A stretch of 64,000 nt of DNA from Clostridia bacterium (GTDB taxonomy: Bacteria; Bacillota; Clostridia; Oscillospirales; CAG-272), in contig JAFYBN010000125.1 of assembly GCA_017540175.1 (NCBI GenBank), positions 6,108 through 70,107 on the forward strand, in the 5' to 3' direction. Every line of letters begins with the position of its first letter. Position 1 is the first letter of the stretch. Both the position numbers and the translations under genes were made by a program. The notes below the pieces were generated by a model, which had not been told where the DNA came from, searched no databases, and was given only the letters and a program-made list of their open reading frames with translations. Shown here one piece after another: positions 29,768 through 39,439 of this stretch.

Positions 29768-31150
29768 ATGAAATCCTCGAAAACCGTATATGTATGCCGC
29801 GAATGCGATTATCAGAGCGCGAAATGGCTCGGACGCTGCCCCCAATGCGAGGCCTGGAATTCCTTTGAAGAAGAAACCTATGCCGCCCCTCCGAAAACCG
29901 CGTCCGCCGCGCGGCGAACCGCGGGCGGGGAGAGCGAGCGCGCCGTCCTCTTCAAGGATTTTTCCGTGCCGGAATATCTGCGTCGCAAGACGGGCATCGG
30001 CGAGCTCGACCGGGTGCTCGGCGGCGGTATCGTGGAGGGCTCCGTCGTGCTCTTCGCCGGGGAACCCGGCATCGGCAAATCGACGCTGCTCATGCAGCTC
30101 TGCGGAAAAATCGGCGATTCGACGAAGGCGCTCTACGTCTCCGGCGAGGAGTCGAAGGCGCAGCTCAAAATGCGCGCGGACCGGCTCGGCATTTCCGGCT
30201 CCTCCCTGTATGTGCTGACGGAGACCTCCATCGAAAGGATCCTTGCGGAATACGACCGCGTGAAGCCGGAGCTCATGATCGTCGACTCCATTCAGACCGT
30301 AACCGCGGACGGGGTGGCCTCCGCGAGCGGGAGCGTGACGCAGGTGCGGGAATGCGCGTCCATGCTGATCGGGCGCGCGAAGGCGGACGGCGCGTCCGTC
30401 GTCATCGTGGGGCACGTCAACAAGGAGGGCGGCATTGCCGGTCCGAAGGTGCTCGAACACATGGTGGACGCGGTGATCTACTTTGAAGGCGAACGGAGTC
30501 TGCCCCACCGCGTCGTCCGCGCCGTCAAGAACCGCTTCGGCTCGACGAACGAGATCGGCGTGTTTGAAATGACGGAGAAGGGACTGGAACAAGTCGCGAA
30601 CCCCTCCGCCATGCTGCTCGAGGGACGCCCAGTGGGCGTGAGCGGAAGCTGCGCGGCGTGCGTCATGGAGGGCAGCCGTCCCCTCATCGCGGAAATCCAG
30701 GCGCTTGTGACGCCCACCGTCTTCCCCTCCCCGCGGCGCACGGCGAACGGCATCGACTACAACCGCATGTGCCTGCTGCTCGCAGTGCTCGAAAAACGGC
30801 TCGGACTGAAATTCTCCGCGTGCGACGTATATCTCAACGTCATCGGCGGGATGCGGCTCGACGAGCCCGCCATCGACGCGGCGGCCTGCCTCGCGATGAT
30901 TTCCTCCCTCAGAGACATCCCCATCCCGGACGACCTGATCTCCTTCGGGGAGCTCGGTCTTTCGGGAGAGTTCCGTTCCGTCGCGTCCGCCGAGCAGCGC
31001 GTCAGCGAAGCCTTCCGCCTCGGCTTTACGAAAATCGCCCTGCCGAAGCGGTGCGCGTCCAAGCTCACGCTGCCGGACGCCGGCGTCGAGCTCATCCCGA
31101 TGAACGGGATCTACGACGCCTTAAGAATCTTCAAAAGCGACGGGAATTGA
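29768..31150 (+). CDS. radA: DNA repair protein RadA
   Basis: 460 aa; zinc finger CRECDYQSAKWLGRCPQCEAWN, Walker A GEPGIGKST, KNRFG motif, Lon-like C-terminal domain. Confidence 0.95.
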   Translation: MKSSKTVYVCRECDYQSAKWLGRCPQCEAWNSFEEETYAAPPKTASAARRTAGGESERAVLFKDFSVPEYLRRKTGIGELDRVLGGGIVEGSVVLFAGEPGIGKSTLLMQLCGKIGDSTKALYVSGEESKAQLKMRADRLGISGSSLYVLTETSIERILAEYDRVKPELMIVDSIQTVTADGVASASGSVTQVRECASMLIGRAKADGASVVIVGHVNKEGGIAGPKVLEHMVDAVIYFEGERSLPHRVVRAVKNRFGSTNEIGVFEMTEKGLEQVANPSAMLLEGRPVGVSGSCAACVMEGSRPLIAEIQALVTPTVFPSPRRTANGIDYNRMCLLLAVLEKRLGLKFSACDVYLNVIGGMRLDEPAIDAAACLAMISSLRDIPIPDDLISFGELGLSGEFRSVASAEQRVSEAFRLGFTKIALPKRCASKLTLPDAGVELIPMNGIYDALRIFKSDGN

Positions 31151-31171
31151 CGCGCCGACGATCATTTGCCC

Positions 31172-31200
31172 TTGACAAACCTGCGTCGGCGTGATAAGAT
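31172..31200 (+). promoter_or_regulatory. SigmaA-type promoter
   Basis: TTGACA 31172-31177, 17-nt spacer, TAAGAT 31195-31200; the -35 sits inside an 8-bp inverted repeat CGCCGACG ... CGTCGGCG. Confidence 0.45.
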
Positions 31201-31235
31201 ATAACCGGACACAGGCTTAAGAGGTACATGGGCTT

Positions 31236-31937
31236 ATGATGATCATCAATTGTATCGGACACAGCGGGTTTTCCGTCGAAACAGAAACCCACATGTTCAT
31301 ATTTGATTTCTGGCGCGGAAGTCTTCCCCGTCTCCCGATGAAGAAAAAGCTCTATGTTTTTGTCTCGCATTCCCATGAGGATCATTTCAACCCGAATATC
31401 TTCAGCCTCTGCCGCGAGCATCCGAACGTCCATTACATCCTCTCGAACGACGTTCCGCTCGCCGAGGCGAGAGTCCGCGGCGTGACGGAATGCGTCGTCG
31501 CGGAGGGAGGCATGGACATCCGCCTCGAAAGCCGCCTGCGCCTCAAGGCGCTGCCCTCCACCGACATCGGCGTGGCGTATCTCGTCTGTCTCAACGGGCG
31601 GAACATCTTTCACGCCGGGGACCTCAATCTCTGGCTCTGGGACGACATGAGCGAGAGCGAGATTTACGACATGCACATGCGCTTCCGCGAATACACGCGG
31701 GGACTGCGCGGCTTCCAGATCGACACGGCGTTTCTTCCCTTGGATACCCGTCTCGGCATTTATTACACCAAGGGCTTTGAGTATTACATGAAAAACTTCC
31801 GCATCAACCACGCCATTCCGATGCACCTCTACGCGCCGTCCACCGTGGTCGACGATTTCCGGTACATGCCGTCCGCGCGGGATTACAGCGACCGGATCAT
31901 CAAAATGGACGCGGGGAGCAGGGTCACCCTGCCGTAA
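31236..31937 (+). CDS. MBL-fold metallo-hydrolase
   Basis: 233 aa; metal motif VSHSHEDHF (HxHxDH). Confidence 0.75.
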   Translation: MMIINCIGHSGFSVETETHMFIFDFWRGSLPRLPMKKKLYVFVSHSHEDHFNPNIFSLCREHPNVHYILSNDVPLAEARVRGVTECVVAEGGMDIRLESRLRLKALPSTDIGVAYLVCLNGRNIFHAGDLNLWLWDDMSESEIYDMHMRFREYTRGLRGFQIDTAFLPLDTRLGIYYTKGFEYYMKNFRINHAIPMHLYAPSTVVDDFRYMPSARDYSDRIIKMDAGSRVTLP

Positions 31938-32022
31938 GCGGAAGAAAGCGGAATATCAAAAAACCCCTCTTTGACAAAAAGGGCGGGCTTTTTGCGCGTT
32001 CCGACCTTTTTACGGAGAAAAC

Positions 32023-32661
32023 ATGAAGGATCTTTTCGAACTGTTCAAAAAAATCGCCGCGGAAAAGCAGCAGTCCGGCGGCGCGCCGGAGTTTCTCGTC
32101 GTCGGGCTCGGCAATCCGGGCATGGGCTACGTTTTCACCCGGCACAACGCGGGATTTCTCGCCATGGACTTCCTCGCCGAAAAGCTCGGGGTGGAACTGA
32201 AACAATCGAAATTCAAATCGCTGACGACCGCCGCCGCGATCGGCGGACGCCGCGTGCTGCTCATGAAGCCCCAGACCTACATGAACAACTCGGGCGAGGC
32301 GGTGCGCGCCGCCGCCGATTTCTACCATATCCCGCCGGAGAACATCCTTGTGATCTCCGACGACGCGGCGCAGGAGCCGGGCAGGATGCGCGTCCGCCGC
32401 TCCGGCTCGGACGGCGGGCAGAAGGGTCTGCGCTCCATCATCGAGCACCTCGGCACCGACGCCTTCCCCCGCATCCGGATCGGGGTGGGGCAAAAGCCCC
32501 GCGCCGATTACGACATGGCGGACTGGGTGCTCGGCAAGATCCCCGAAGAGGATCAGAAGAAGCTCTTTTCCGTCTTCGGATGCGTCGCCGACGCTGTTCC
32601 CCTCATTTTGAACGGCGGGATCGAGGACGCCATGAGCAAATTCAACGGCGTGAAATTCTGA
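32023..32661 (+). CDS. pth: Peptidyl-tRNA hydrolase
   Basis: 212 aa; FLVVGLGNPG and TRHNAGF motifs; upstream of mfd as in many Firmicutes. Confidence 0.93.
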   Translation: MKDLFELFKKIAAEKQQSGGAPEFLVVGLGNPGMGYVFTRHNAGFLAMDFLAEKLGVELKQSKFKSLTTAAAIGGRRVLLMKPQTYMNNSGEAVRAAADFYHIPPENILVISDDAAQEPGRMRVRRSGSDGGQKGLRSIIEHLGTDAFPRIRIGVGQKPRADYDMADWVLGKIPEEDQKKLFSVFGCVADAVPLILNGGIEDAMSKFNGVKF

Positions 32662-32718
32662 CCGCCCGGGCAAGGCGGACCGATCCGCTGCCCGGAGCCC
32701 GCAAACGGATACGATACC

Positions 32719-35700
32719 ATGATCAATTATTCCCTTCTCACCGATCTTTTCCGCCTCAACCGGGACTATACCGCTCTGACCTCCGCGCTGACCGCTCCCG
32801 TCTGGGGACGCAGAAAGCCCTACGTCGTCAACGGACTCTCGGCAGGCGCGGAGCATATCTTCACGGCGGCGTTCGCCGAGGACTTCGCTTCCTCCGAGAC
32901 CCCGCCCGTTCTCCTCTACCCGGACGAAAAGCGTGCCGTCAAGGCGCGGGATTTTCTTCTGTCCCTCGGCGTCCGCGCCGCGCACTTCCCCGCCCGGGAA
33001 TACTGCTTCTCGAACGTCGCCTCGTCCCATGACACCGAAGGGGCGCGGCTGACCGTGCTTGCGGGGCTCCTCGGTCTGCTCGGGGACGGGGAAACGCCCG
33101 CCGTGATCACGACGACCCCGGAGGCGGTCCTGCAGATCACCATGCCGCCCTCCCTGCTCGAGGACCGGTGCGTGACCGTGGACGCCTCCGTCGCGCTCGA
33201 CACCGAACAGCTCGCCGCGCGTCTCTCTGGCGCAGGGTACGTCCGGGTCGATCTTGTGGAAGCGCCGGGACAGTTCGCCCTCCGCGGCGGCATCGTCGAC
33301 GTCGATCCCCCGTCCGGCAGCGCGGTCCGCATCGAGCTCTTCGGAGACGAGATCGACCGGATGGGATATTTCTCCGTCGAGACCCAGCGGTTCACCGATT
33401 TCTCGCCGGACCGGATCGTCTTCCCGCCCGTGCGCGAGCTGATCTTCACCGAGGACACGAAACGGGATCTCGAGGACGCGGTCCGCCGCCATATCCGCCG
33501 TCTCGGGCAGTCGAGCAGACGGGACGCGGAGACCGAGGACCGGCGCGCGCGCGCCGTGCTCATTCTCGAAGCGGAGCTTGCCTCCCTTGAAAACGGGCTC
33601 GAGCTGAACTTTGCCGACAAATACCTCCCGATCGTGTATCCGGAGCAGAACTGCTTTCTCGATTACGCGGACGGGATCTTCTTCCTCTTCGACGCCGCGG
33701 CGTGCGCGGAGCGCACGGACGCCTCCGCCGCTCTTGTGGAGCAGAGCCTCTCGACGATGAGCGAGCAGTACGAACTGCCCCCCATGCCGGACGGGTTGTG
33801 GACGAGGGAGTTTTCGGAAATCCCCGCGCGGCAGGAAGCCCCTACCGTTCTCTCCGACGCGCTTTCGCGCTCCCCCGCCAACGTCAGCCCCGCCGCCGTG
33901 TTCCTCTTCAACACGCGGCACGTGCCCGCCTACGCGGGGAATCTGAATCTCTTCTTCGACGATCTCGGACGCTTCGCGGATGAAAAATACCTCTGCGCCG
34001 TCCTGTGCTCCTCGGAGATCGAGAAAAACGGGCTGATCGAGAACCTCACGCTGAGCGGCAGGACCGCCGCCTCCGCGGAGGACGGCGTCTCGCTCGATTT
34101 CGCCGCGCTCCTCAAATCCGCAAACCCGCCCGTTTTGTTCATGACCGGAGAGTTCCCCGGCGGTTACGCGCTCGCGTCCCCGAAATTCATCCTCATGGAT
34201 TTCTCGAAGGAAGCGGCGCGACCCTCGCACGGGCGTTATCTGCGGCAGGCGAAAAAGAAAAAATCCGCCTCGGAGGCGATCCTTTCCTATGCCGACCTCG
34301 AGGTGGGGGACTTTGTGGTGCACGACGCCTACGGCATCGGGCAGTACATGGGGCTCGAAAACCTCGTCATCGACGGCTCCGCACGCGATTACGTCTCCAT
34401 CCGCTACGCCGGGACCGACAAGCTCTTCCTCCCGGTCGACCAGCTCGACCACGTTTCGAAATACATCGGCGCGGGCAGCGACTCCGGCGCGGTGAAGCTC
34501 TCGAAAATGGGCGGCGCGGACTGGACGCGCGCGAAAACGCGGGCAAAGACCGCCACGCGCGAAATGGCGAAGGAGCTCATCGATCTCTACGCGCGGCGCA
34601 AGCGCACGAAGGGCATCGCGTTCGACCCGGACGACGAGCTGTGCCGCGAATTTGCCTCCGCGTTCGAATACGAGGAAACGGACGGACAGCTTCAGGCGAT
34701 CGAGGACATCCGGCGCGACATGGAGAGACCTTATCCCATGGACCGCCTGCTGTGCGGCGACGTGGGCTACGGCAAGACCGAAGTCGCGCTCCGCGCCGCG
34801 TTCAAGGCGGTGATGAGCGGGAAGCAGGTCGCCGTGCTCGTCCCGACGACCATTCTTGCCTATCAGCACTATCAGACCTTCCTCGCCCGTATGCGCGCCT
34901 TCCCCGTTCAGGTCGACATGCTCTCCCGCTTCCGCAAGCCGAATGAGCTGGCGGCCTCCGTCCGCAAGCTCGCGCGGGGCGACACGGACATCATCATCGG
35001 CACGCACCGGCTGATCTCCGCCGACATCAAATTCCGTGATCTCGGGCTTATCATCATCGACGAGGAACAGCGGTTCGGCGTTGCGCAGAAGGAAAAGCTC
35101 AAACAGCTCTCGGTCGGCGCGGACGTGCTCACCCTGACGGCGACCCCGATCCCGCGGACGCTGAACATGGCGATGGGCGGCATCGTGGACATGAGCGTCC
35201 TCGAAGACGCGCCCGGCCTGCGCACCCCCGTTCAGACCTACGTCATGGAATACGACGAGGCGATCCTGAACGAGGCGATCCGTCGGGAACTGCGGCGCGG
35301 CGGGCAGGTCTTCTACCTGTACAACAAGGTCGAAAGTATCTACGGCGTCGCCGACCGCATCGAAGCAGCGATCCCGGACGCGCGCATCGCGGTCGCGCAC
35401 GGGAAAATGGACCGGGACGCGATCGAGGAGGTGTGGGACTCCCTCATTCGCGGTGAGGTGGACATTCTTGTCTGCACCACCATCATCGAGACCGGCGTCG
35501 ATATCCCGAACGCGAACACCCTCATCATCGAAAACGCGGAGAACTACGGGCTGTCCCAGCTCCACCAGATCCGCGGGCGCGTCGGGCGCTCCAGCACGCG
35601 CGCGTTCGCCTATTTCACCTACCGCAAGGGCAAGACGCTGACGGACGTCGCGGAAAAACGGCTTTCCGCCATCCGGGAATACGCGGAGTTCGGCGCGGGC

Positions 35701-36330
35701 TTCCGCATCGCGCTCAGGGACCTCGAGATCCGCGGCGCGGGCAATCTGCTCGGCGCGCAGCAGCACGGGCACCTCGACGCGGTGGGCTACGATCTCTACA
35801 TGCGCCTGCTCGAGGAGGCCGTGATCGAGGAAAAGGGCGAAGAGGTGAAAAAAGCCCTTCCCGACTGCGCCGTGGACGTCCGCTGCGACGCGTTCCTGCC
35901 GAAAAACTACATTCCCTCCGCACCCCAGCGCATGGATCTCTACAAGCGCATCGCGCGCGTGGAGACCGAGGACGATTACGACGACATCATCGAGGAGCTC
36001 TGCGACCGCTACGGCGAGCCCTCGAGCGCGGCGGTCAACCTGTGCCGGATCGCTCGCATCCGCGCGCTCGGCAGAATGGCGGGATTTACGAAGATCGAGG
36101 AAAAGGACGGCTCGACCCGCCTCTACACGACAAACATCGACCCCGCCGCAGTCCAGACCCTCGCGCGGACCTACCCGACCCTCGGCGTCCGCGTGAATCT
36201 GGGGCAGACGCCCTACATCGCCGTGAAGACCGCGAAAAACATGCGCAACACGGAATTCCTCAAGGAAATGCTCGCGAAATACGTTTCCTTCCTTCCGAAA
36301 CCCGCCGGTCAACCCCAAAACGCTGAATGA
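32719..36330 (+). CDS. mfd: Transcription-repair coupling factor
   Basis: 1203 aa; UvrB-homology N-terminal region, CarD-like RNAP-interaction domain (GDFVVHDAYGIGQY), SF2 helicase motifs GDVGYGKTEVA, DEEQRFGV, TATPIPRT, RGRVGR. Confidence 0.95.
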   Translation: MINYSLLTDLFRLNRDYTALTSALTAPVWGRRKPYVVNGLSAGAEHIFTAAFAEDFASSETPPVLLYPDEKRAVKARDFLLSLGVRAAHFPAREYCFSNVASSHDTEGARLTVLAGLLGLLGDGETPAVITTTPEAVLQITMPPSLLEDRCVTVDASVALDTEQLAARLSGAGYVRVDLVEAPGQFALRGGIVDVDPPSGSAVRIELFGDEIDRMGYFSVETQRFTDFSPDRIVFPPVRELIFTEDTKRDLEDAVRRHIRRLGQSSRRDAETEDRRARAVLILEAELASLENGLELNFADKYLPIVYPEQNCFLDYADGIFFLFDAAACAERTDASAALVEQSLSTMSEQYELPPMPDGLWTREFSEIPARQEAPTVLSDALSRSPANVSPAAVFLFNTRHVPAYAGNLNLFFDDLGRFADEKYLCAVLCSSEIEKNGLIENLTLSGRTAASAEDGVSLDFAALLKSANPPVLFMTGEFPGGYALASPKFILMDFSKEAARPSHGRYLRQAKKKKSASEAILSYADLEVGDFVVHDAYGIGQYMGLENLVIDGSARDYVSIRYAGTDKLFLPVDQLDHVSKYIGAGSDSGAVKLSKMGGADWTRAKTRAKTATREMAKELIDLYARRKRTKGIAFDPDDELCREFASAFEYEETDGQLQAIEDIRRDMERPYPMDRLLCGDVGYGKTEVALRAAFKAVMSGKQVAVLVPTTILAYQHYQTFLARMRAFPVQVDMLSRFRKPNELAASVRKLARGDTDIIIGTHRLISADIKFRDLGLIIIDEEQRFGVAQKEKLKQLSVGADVLTLTATPIPRTLNMAMGGIVDMSVLEDAPGLRTPVQTYVMEYDEAILNEAIRRELRRGGQVFYLYNKVESIYGVADRIEAAIPDARIAVAHGKMDRDAIEEVWDSLIRGEVDILVCTTIIETGVDIPNANTLIIENAENYGLSQLHQIRGRVGRSSTRAFAYFTYRKGKTLTDVAEKRLSAIREYAEFGAGFRIALRDLEIRGAGNLLGAQQHGHLDAVGYDLYMRLLEEAVIEEKGEEVKKALPDCAVDVRCDAFLPKNYIPSAPQRMDLYKRIARVETEDDYDDIIEELCDRYGEPSSAAVNLCRIARIRALGRMAGFTKIEEKDGSTRLYTTNIDPAAVQTLARTYPTLGVRVNLGQTPYIAVKTAKNMRNTEFLKEMLAKYVSFLPKPAGQPQNAE

Positions 36331-36347
36331 ACCTGAAAGGCAGTCCT

Positions 36348-37421
36348 ATGAAAAAACTCCTGACCCTCTCCCTCATCCTCGTTCTTCTGTTCACCTCCTG
36401 CGCCGGGGGCAAGTCCGTCATGCGCTTCGGAGGCGCATCGATCAACGAGGGCGAATTCACGTACTACCTCGCCACCTACAAGGCGCGCTTCGCGTCGACC
36501 TATTCCGACTTCAAAGACAACGCGGCGTTTTACTCCCAGATCATCGGCGAGAAAACCGCGGGGGAATATCTCTTCGACGAAGTCGTGCACAACGTGAGCA
36601 TGACCCTCGTCTGCGACGCGCTCTTTTCCGAATACCGCCTTTCCCTTGCCGATTCCGTTCAAAGGGAGGTGGATGAGTATGTCGCGTCCTTCCTCGACAA
36701 CTATGCGGACGGGAACAAGAACGTGCTCAATCAGGCGCTCGGCGTCTACGGCGTCAATATGAAGATGTGGAAGGAGATCCTGCTCCGCGACGCGCGCGCG
36801 TCGGCGCTGTTCGACTATCTCTACGGCTCCTCCGGCACGGTCGGCGTGAACGACGACGACCGGGCGGCGTATCTCGCCGAGAATTACGTCCATGTGCGCC
36901 ACATCTACGTAAACGACAAGTACACGTACGAAATCGACGCAAACGGCGATCCCGTTTACGGCTCGGACGGGTATCAGAACAAGGTTCCCCTCTCCCCCGA
37001 CGCGCTCGCCGCGAAAAAAGCGGTGGTCGACGCCATCGACGAGTCGCTTGCCGAGGGCGGGGATTTTGAAGAGATCTACGAGGCGTTCTCGGAGGACAAG
37101 TATTACAAAAACGGATACTACATCACGCGGGACATGAATTTCGTCTCCGGCATCGTCACCTCGGCGTTCGATCTCGAGATCGGCAAATGGATCAAGCTCG
37201 AAAGCGACGTGGGCACCCACTACATCATGCGTCTGCCCCTCGGCGAGAAGCCGTGGAAGGACGAGAGCTGTGCCGACTTCTTCGACGGCTTTGACACCGC
37301 CGTCGCCGCGGAGTGCTTCACCGCCATGATCGAAGCCCGCCTCGGGGAGATCGAATATGACAGCGACCTGCTTGAAACCTTCTCCCTTGAGGATTCTCCG
37401 ATGAATTCGAGGTTCCAGTGA
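36348..37421 (+). CDS. Lipoprotein, possibly PrsA/SurA-like chaperone
   Basis: Start at MKKLLTLSLILVLLFTSCAG (lipobox; ATG 36348; an upstream ATG 36327 overlaps the mfd stop). The position after mfd matches foldase genes in Clostridia, but I see no clear PPIase motif. Confidence 0.55.
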   Translation: MKKLLTLSLILVLLFTSCAGGKSVMRFGGASINEGEFTYYLATYKARFASTYSDFKDNAAFYSQIIGEKTAGEYLFDEVVHNVSMTLVCDALFSEYRLSLADSVQREVDEYVASFLDNYADGNKNVLNQALGVYGVNMKMWKEILLRDARASALFDYLYGSSGTVGVNDDDRAAYLAENYVHVRHIYVNDKYTYEIDANGDPVYGSDGYQNKVPLSPDALAAKKAVVDAIDESLAEGGDFEEIYEAFSEDKYYKNGYYITRDMNFVSGIVTSAFDLEIGKWIKLESDVGTHYIMRLPLGEKPWKDESCADFFDGFDTAVAAECFTAMIEARLGEIEYDSDLLETFSLEDSPMNSRFQ

Positions 37422-37477
37422 GGGAGCAGTCCGCGGTAAGCGGGGCGCAGATCATACGGATATTTCGGACAACAAAC

Positions 37478-37538
37478 AACGCGCGGCTTCCGACCGCCGG
37501 ATCATTTCCAGTTCGTCGGATGACGCGCGTTCTTTTTT
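37478..37538 (+). terminator. Rho-independent terminator (long branched hairpin)
   Basis: Outer arms AACGCGCG (37478-37485) and CGCGCGTT (37524-37531), inner TCCGAC/GTCGGA helix, then CTTTTTT. Confidence 0.55.
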
Positions 37539-37547
37539 ACCCAAGAA

Positions 37548-38645
37548 TCAGAACGTTCTTTCCTCTCCGTCGGGGACGGCGCGGACGGTCCTCCTCGCCC
37601 CGTCGACCTCGATCAGACCGCCGACGTAGGTCTCCGTGCCGTCGGCGCGCTTTTTCGAGGGGATGGAGCAGACGGCGGTGAGAAAATCCGCGTTCCGCTT
37701 TTCGGGGGTGTGGGGATCGATGAAATACGCCCGGTGCATGTGGCCCGCGAGCAGCAGATCGATGCCGATCTTCTCAAGCAGGCGCGTCCAGTACTCGTAG
37801 AGTTCGTCCGCGACGTTGAAGGGGTATTCGAACCGCTCGACGATAGGAACATGGCAGATCGCGAGCTTGGTCTTCACGCCCTGTGCCTCGTATTCTTCCA
37901 CCCGGTTTTCGATGAGGGATTCGAGGTACGCGGTCTCGCGCTTTCGGAAGGTGTCGAACAGGATCGTGCCGCCGTACTCGGGGTTATAGTCCCATTTGTC
38001 TTCGCCGCAGTCCAGCACAACGCCCCAGAGAGAGCCCTGCCGGAAGGAATAAAAGGTTTCCCGCCGTCCGCCGCGGAACGCCGTGGGGATGTAGTTCACG
38101 AGATCCTGTGCGGCGTATCCCCTTGTGTCGTGGTTGCCGCGGGAATAGATCACGGGCTTTTCCCCGTGCGACGCGCCCGACGCGAGCGCGAACGCGGTCT
38201 CGAAGTTTTCGAGGGAGTAGCTGTGCTCGTTGATGTCGCCGTTTAAGACAATGAGGTCGCAGTCTCCGACCTCACGGTAGAGCTCGAGCGGGGTCTTTGT
38301 GCGCGCGTGGGTATCGGCAAAATGGAAGACGCGGTATTTGTCCGCGGGCAGCGGGGTGAAGCGGTATTCCCGTCTCAGCTTTTCCGTGCCCTCGGGAAAA
38401 TAGGGCTTCTTGTCCGCGTACTCGACGAAAACCGCCGTATAACGGCCCGCCGCGTTCAGAATCTCGCCGGGCACGGGGATCTTGTGGACCTTGCCGTAAA
38501 AGAGCAGTCCGGCCTCCTCGTCGGTATAGCGCTCGCCGCCGATTTCGATCCAGCCGATGCCCGCCGTCGCGGTGAGGAAGATGATCTGATAATCCCGCCC
38601 GACGACAAAGACGGCGGGGTCGTAAAGCAAAGGCGTGTTTTCCAT
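37548..38645 (-). CDS. Metallophosphoesterase
   Basis: Inner start MENTPLLYDP (ATG 38645) of track ORF 37548..38873; motifs FADTHA, LNGDINEH, GNHD. Confidence 0.8.
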   Translation of the reverse strand: MENTPLLYDPAVFVVGRDYQIIFLTATAGIGWIEIGGERYTDEEAGLLFYGKVHKIPVPGEILNAAGRYTAVFVEYADKKPYFPEGTEKLRREYRFTPLPADKYRVFHFADTHARTKTPLELYREVGDCDLIVLNGDINEHSYSLENFETAFALASGASHGEKPVIYSRGNHDTRGYAAQDLVNYIPTAFRGGRRETFYSFRQGSLWGVVLDCGEDKWDYNPEYGGTILFDTFRKRETAYLESLIENRVEEYEAQGVKTKLAICHVPIVERFEYPFNVADELYEYWTRLLEKIGIDLLLAGHMHRAYFIDPHTPEKRNADFLTAVCSIPSKKRADGTETYVGGLIEVDGARRTVRAVPDGEERTF

Positions 38646-38677
38646 GTTGTCCTCCGTGTCTCTTCGGTCCCTGCCGT

Positions 38678-39400
38678 TCAGATCACGAGCTCCATTCCGT
38701 CCTCGACGGTCCCGTAGGCGTAAGGATGGGGCGCGGCGAGCTGACGGGCGAGGGCCTCGTGCCAGCGCGGGCTGATGTGGGTGTGCAGGATCTTCTTCGC
38801 CTTCGTGCGGTCGAAGACGGGGATGCAGTCGTCGGGAGAAAAGTGCGCGAGCTCGCACAGGATGAGATCGCACTCCAGTTCAAACGCCGGAGCGGGAAAA
38901 TCGACCGACGGGTGGCGCAGGTCACCGGTGAACAGCACGCGCTTGCCCTCCGACTCGACGAAAAACGAAAAGGCGTTTTTGCAGTGCTGATTCCGCACGG
39001 CGGTGACGCGCAGGTTTTCGTCCTCATAGGTCACGCCCTCCTTCACCGTGCCGAGCGTGATGCCGTCCCGGATCTCTCCGCTCTGGTTCACGGCGATCCA
39101 CGCCCTGAGGGGCGGGATGAGGTCCTCGTCCGGCAGAAGCACGGTCGGGGAGGCGGATTTGAAATACCAGTTCGCGAGGTCGACGAAGGAGATCACGCCG
39201 TTGGTGTGATCCCCGTGGGGATGGGTGCAGATCACGAGGCGCACGTCGGAGAAGGCGACGCCGAGCCGCCGCAGGTCCTCGACGGTCTGGGTCCCCATGT
39301 CGATAATATAATACGCTCCGTTCACTTCAAGCAGGCAGGACGAACAGCGCCGGTGGGGTTCCGGTACGCCGTGGCTCGTGCCGATCATCGTCAGACGCAT
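38678..39400 (-). CDS. MBL-fold metallo-hydrolase (RNase Z-like)
   Basis: 240 aa; THPHGDHT (HxHxDH) motif. Confidence 0.8.
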   Translation of the reverse strand: MRLTMIGTSHGVPEPHRRCSSCLLEVNGAYYIIDMGTQTVEDLRRLGVAFSDVRLVICTHPHGDHTNGVISFVDLANWYFKSASPTVLLPDEDLIPPLRAWIAVNQSGEIRDGITLGTVKEGVTYEDENLRVTAVRNQHCKNAFSFFVESEGKRVLFTGDLRHPSVDFPAPAFELECDLILCELAHFSPDDCIPVFDRTKAKKILHTHISPRWHEALARQLAAPHPYAYGTVEDGMELVI

Positions 39401-39439
39401 GGAAACGCTCCTTTCAAAAAATCAGCCGATCAGCCCTGA

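Noticed and set aside
31924-36318. 1464-aa minus-strand ORF
   Set aside because: It is antisense to pth and mfd, both strongly supported. It has low-complexity Arg/Gly/Asp composition, no RBS and no recognisable domain.
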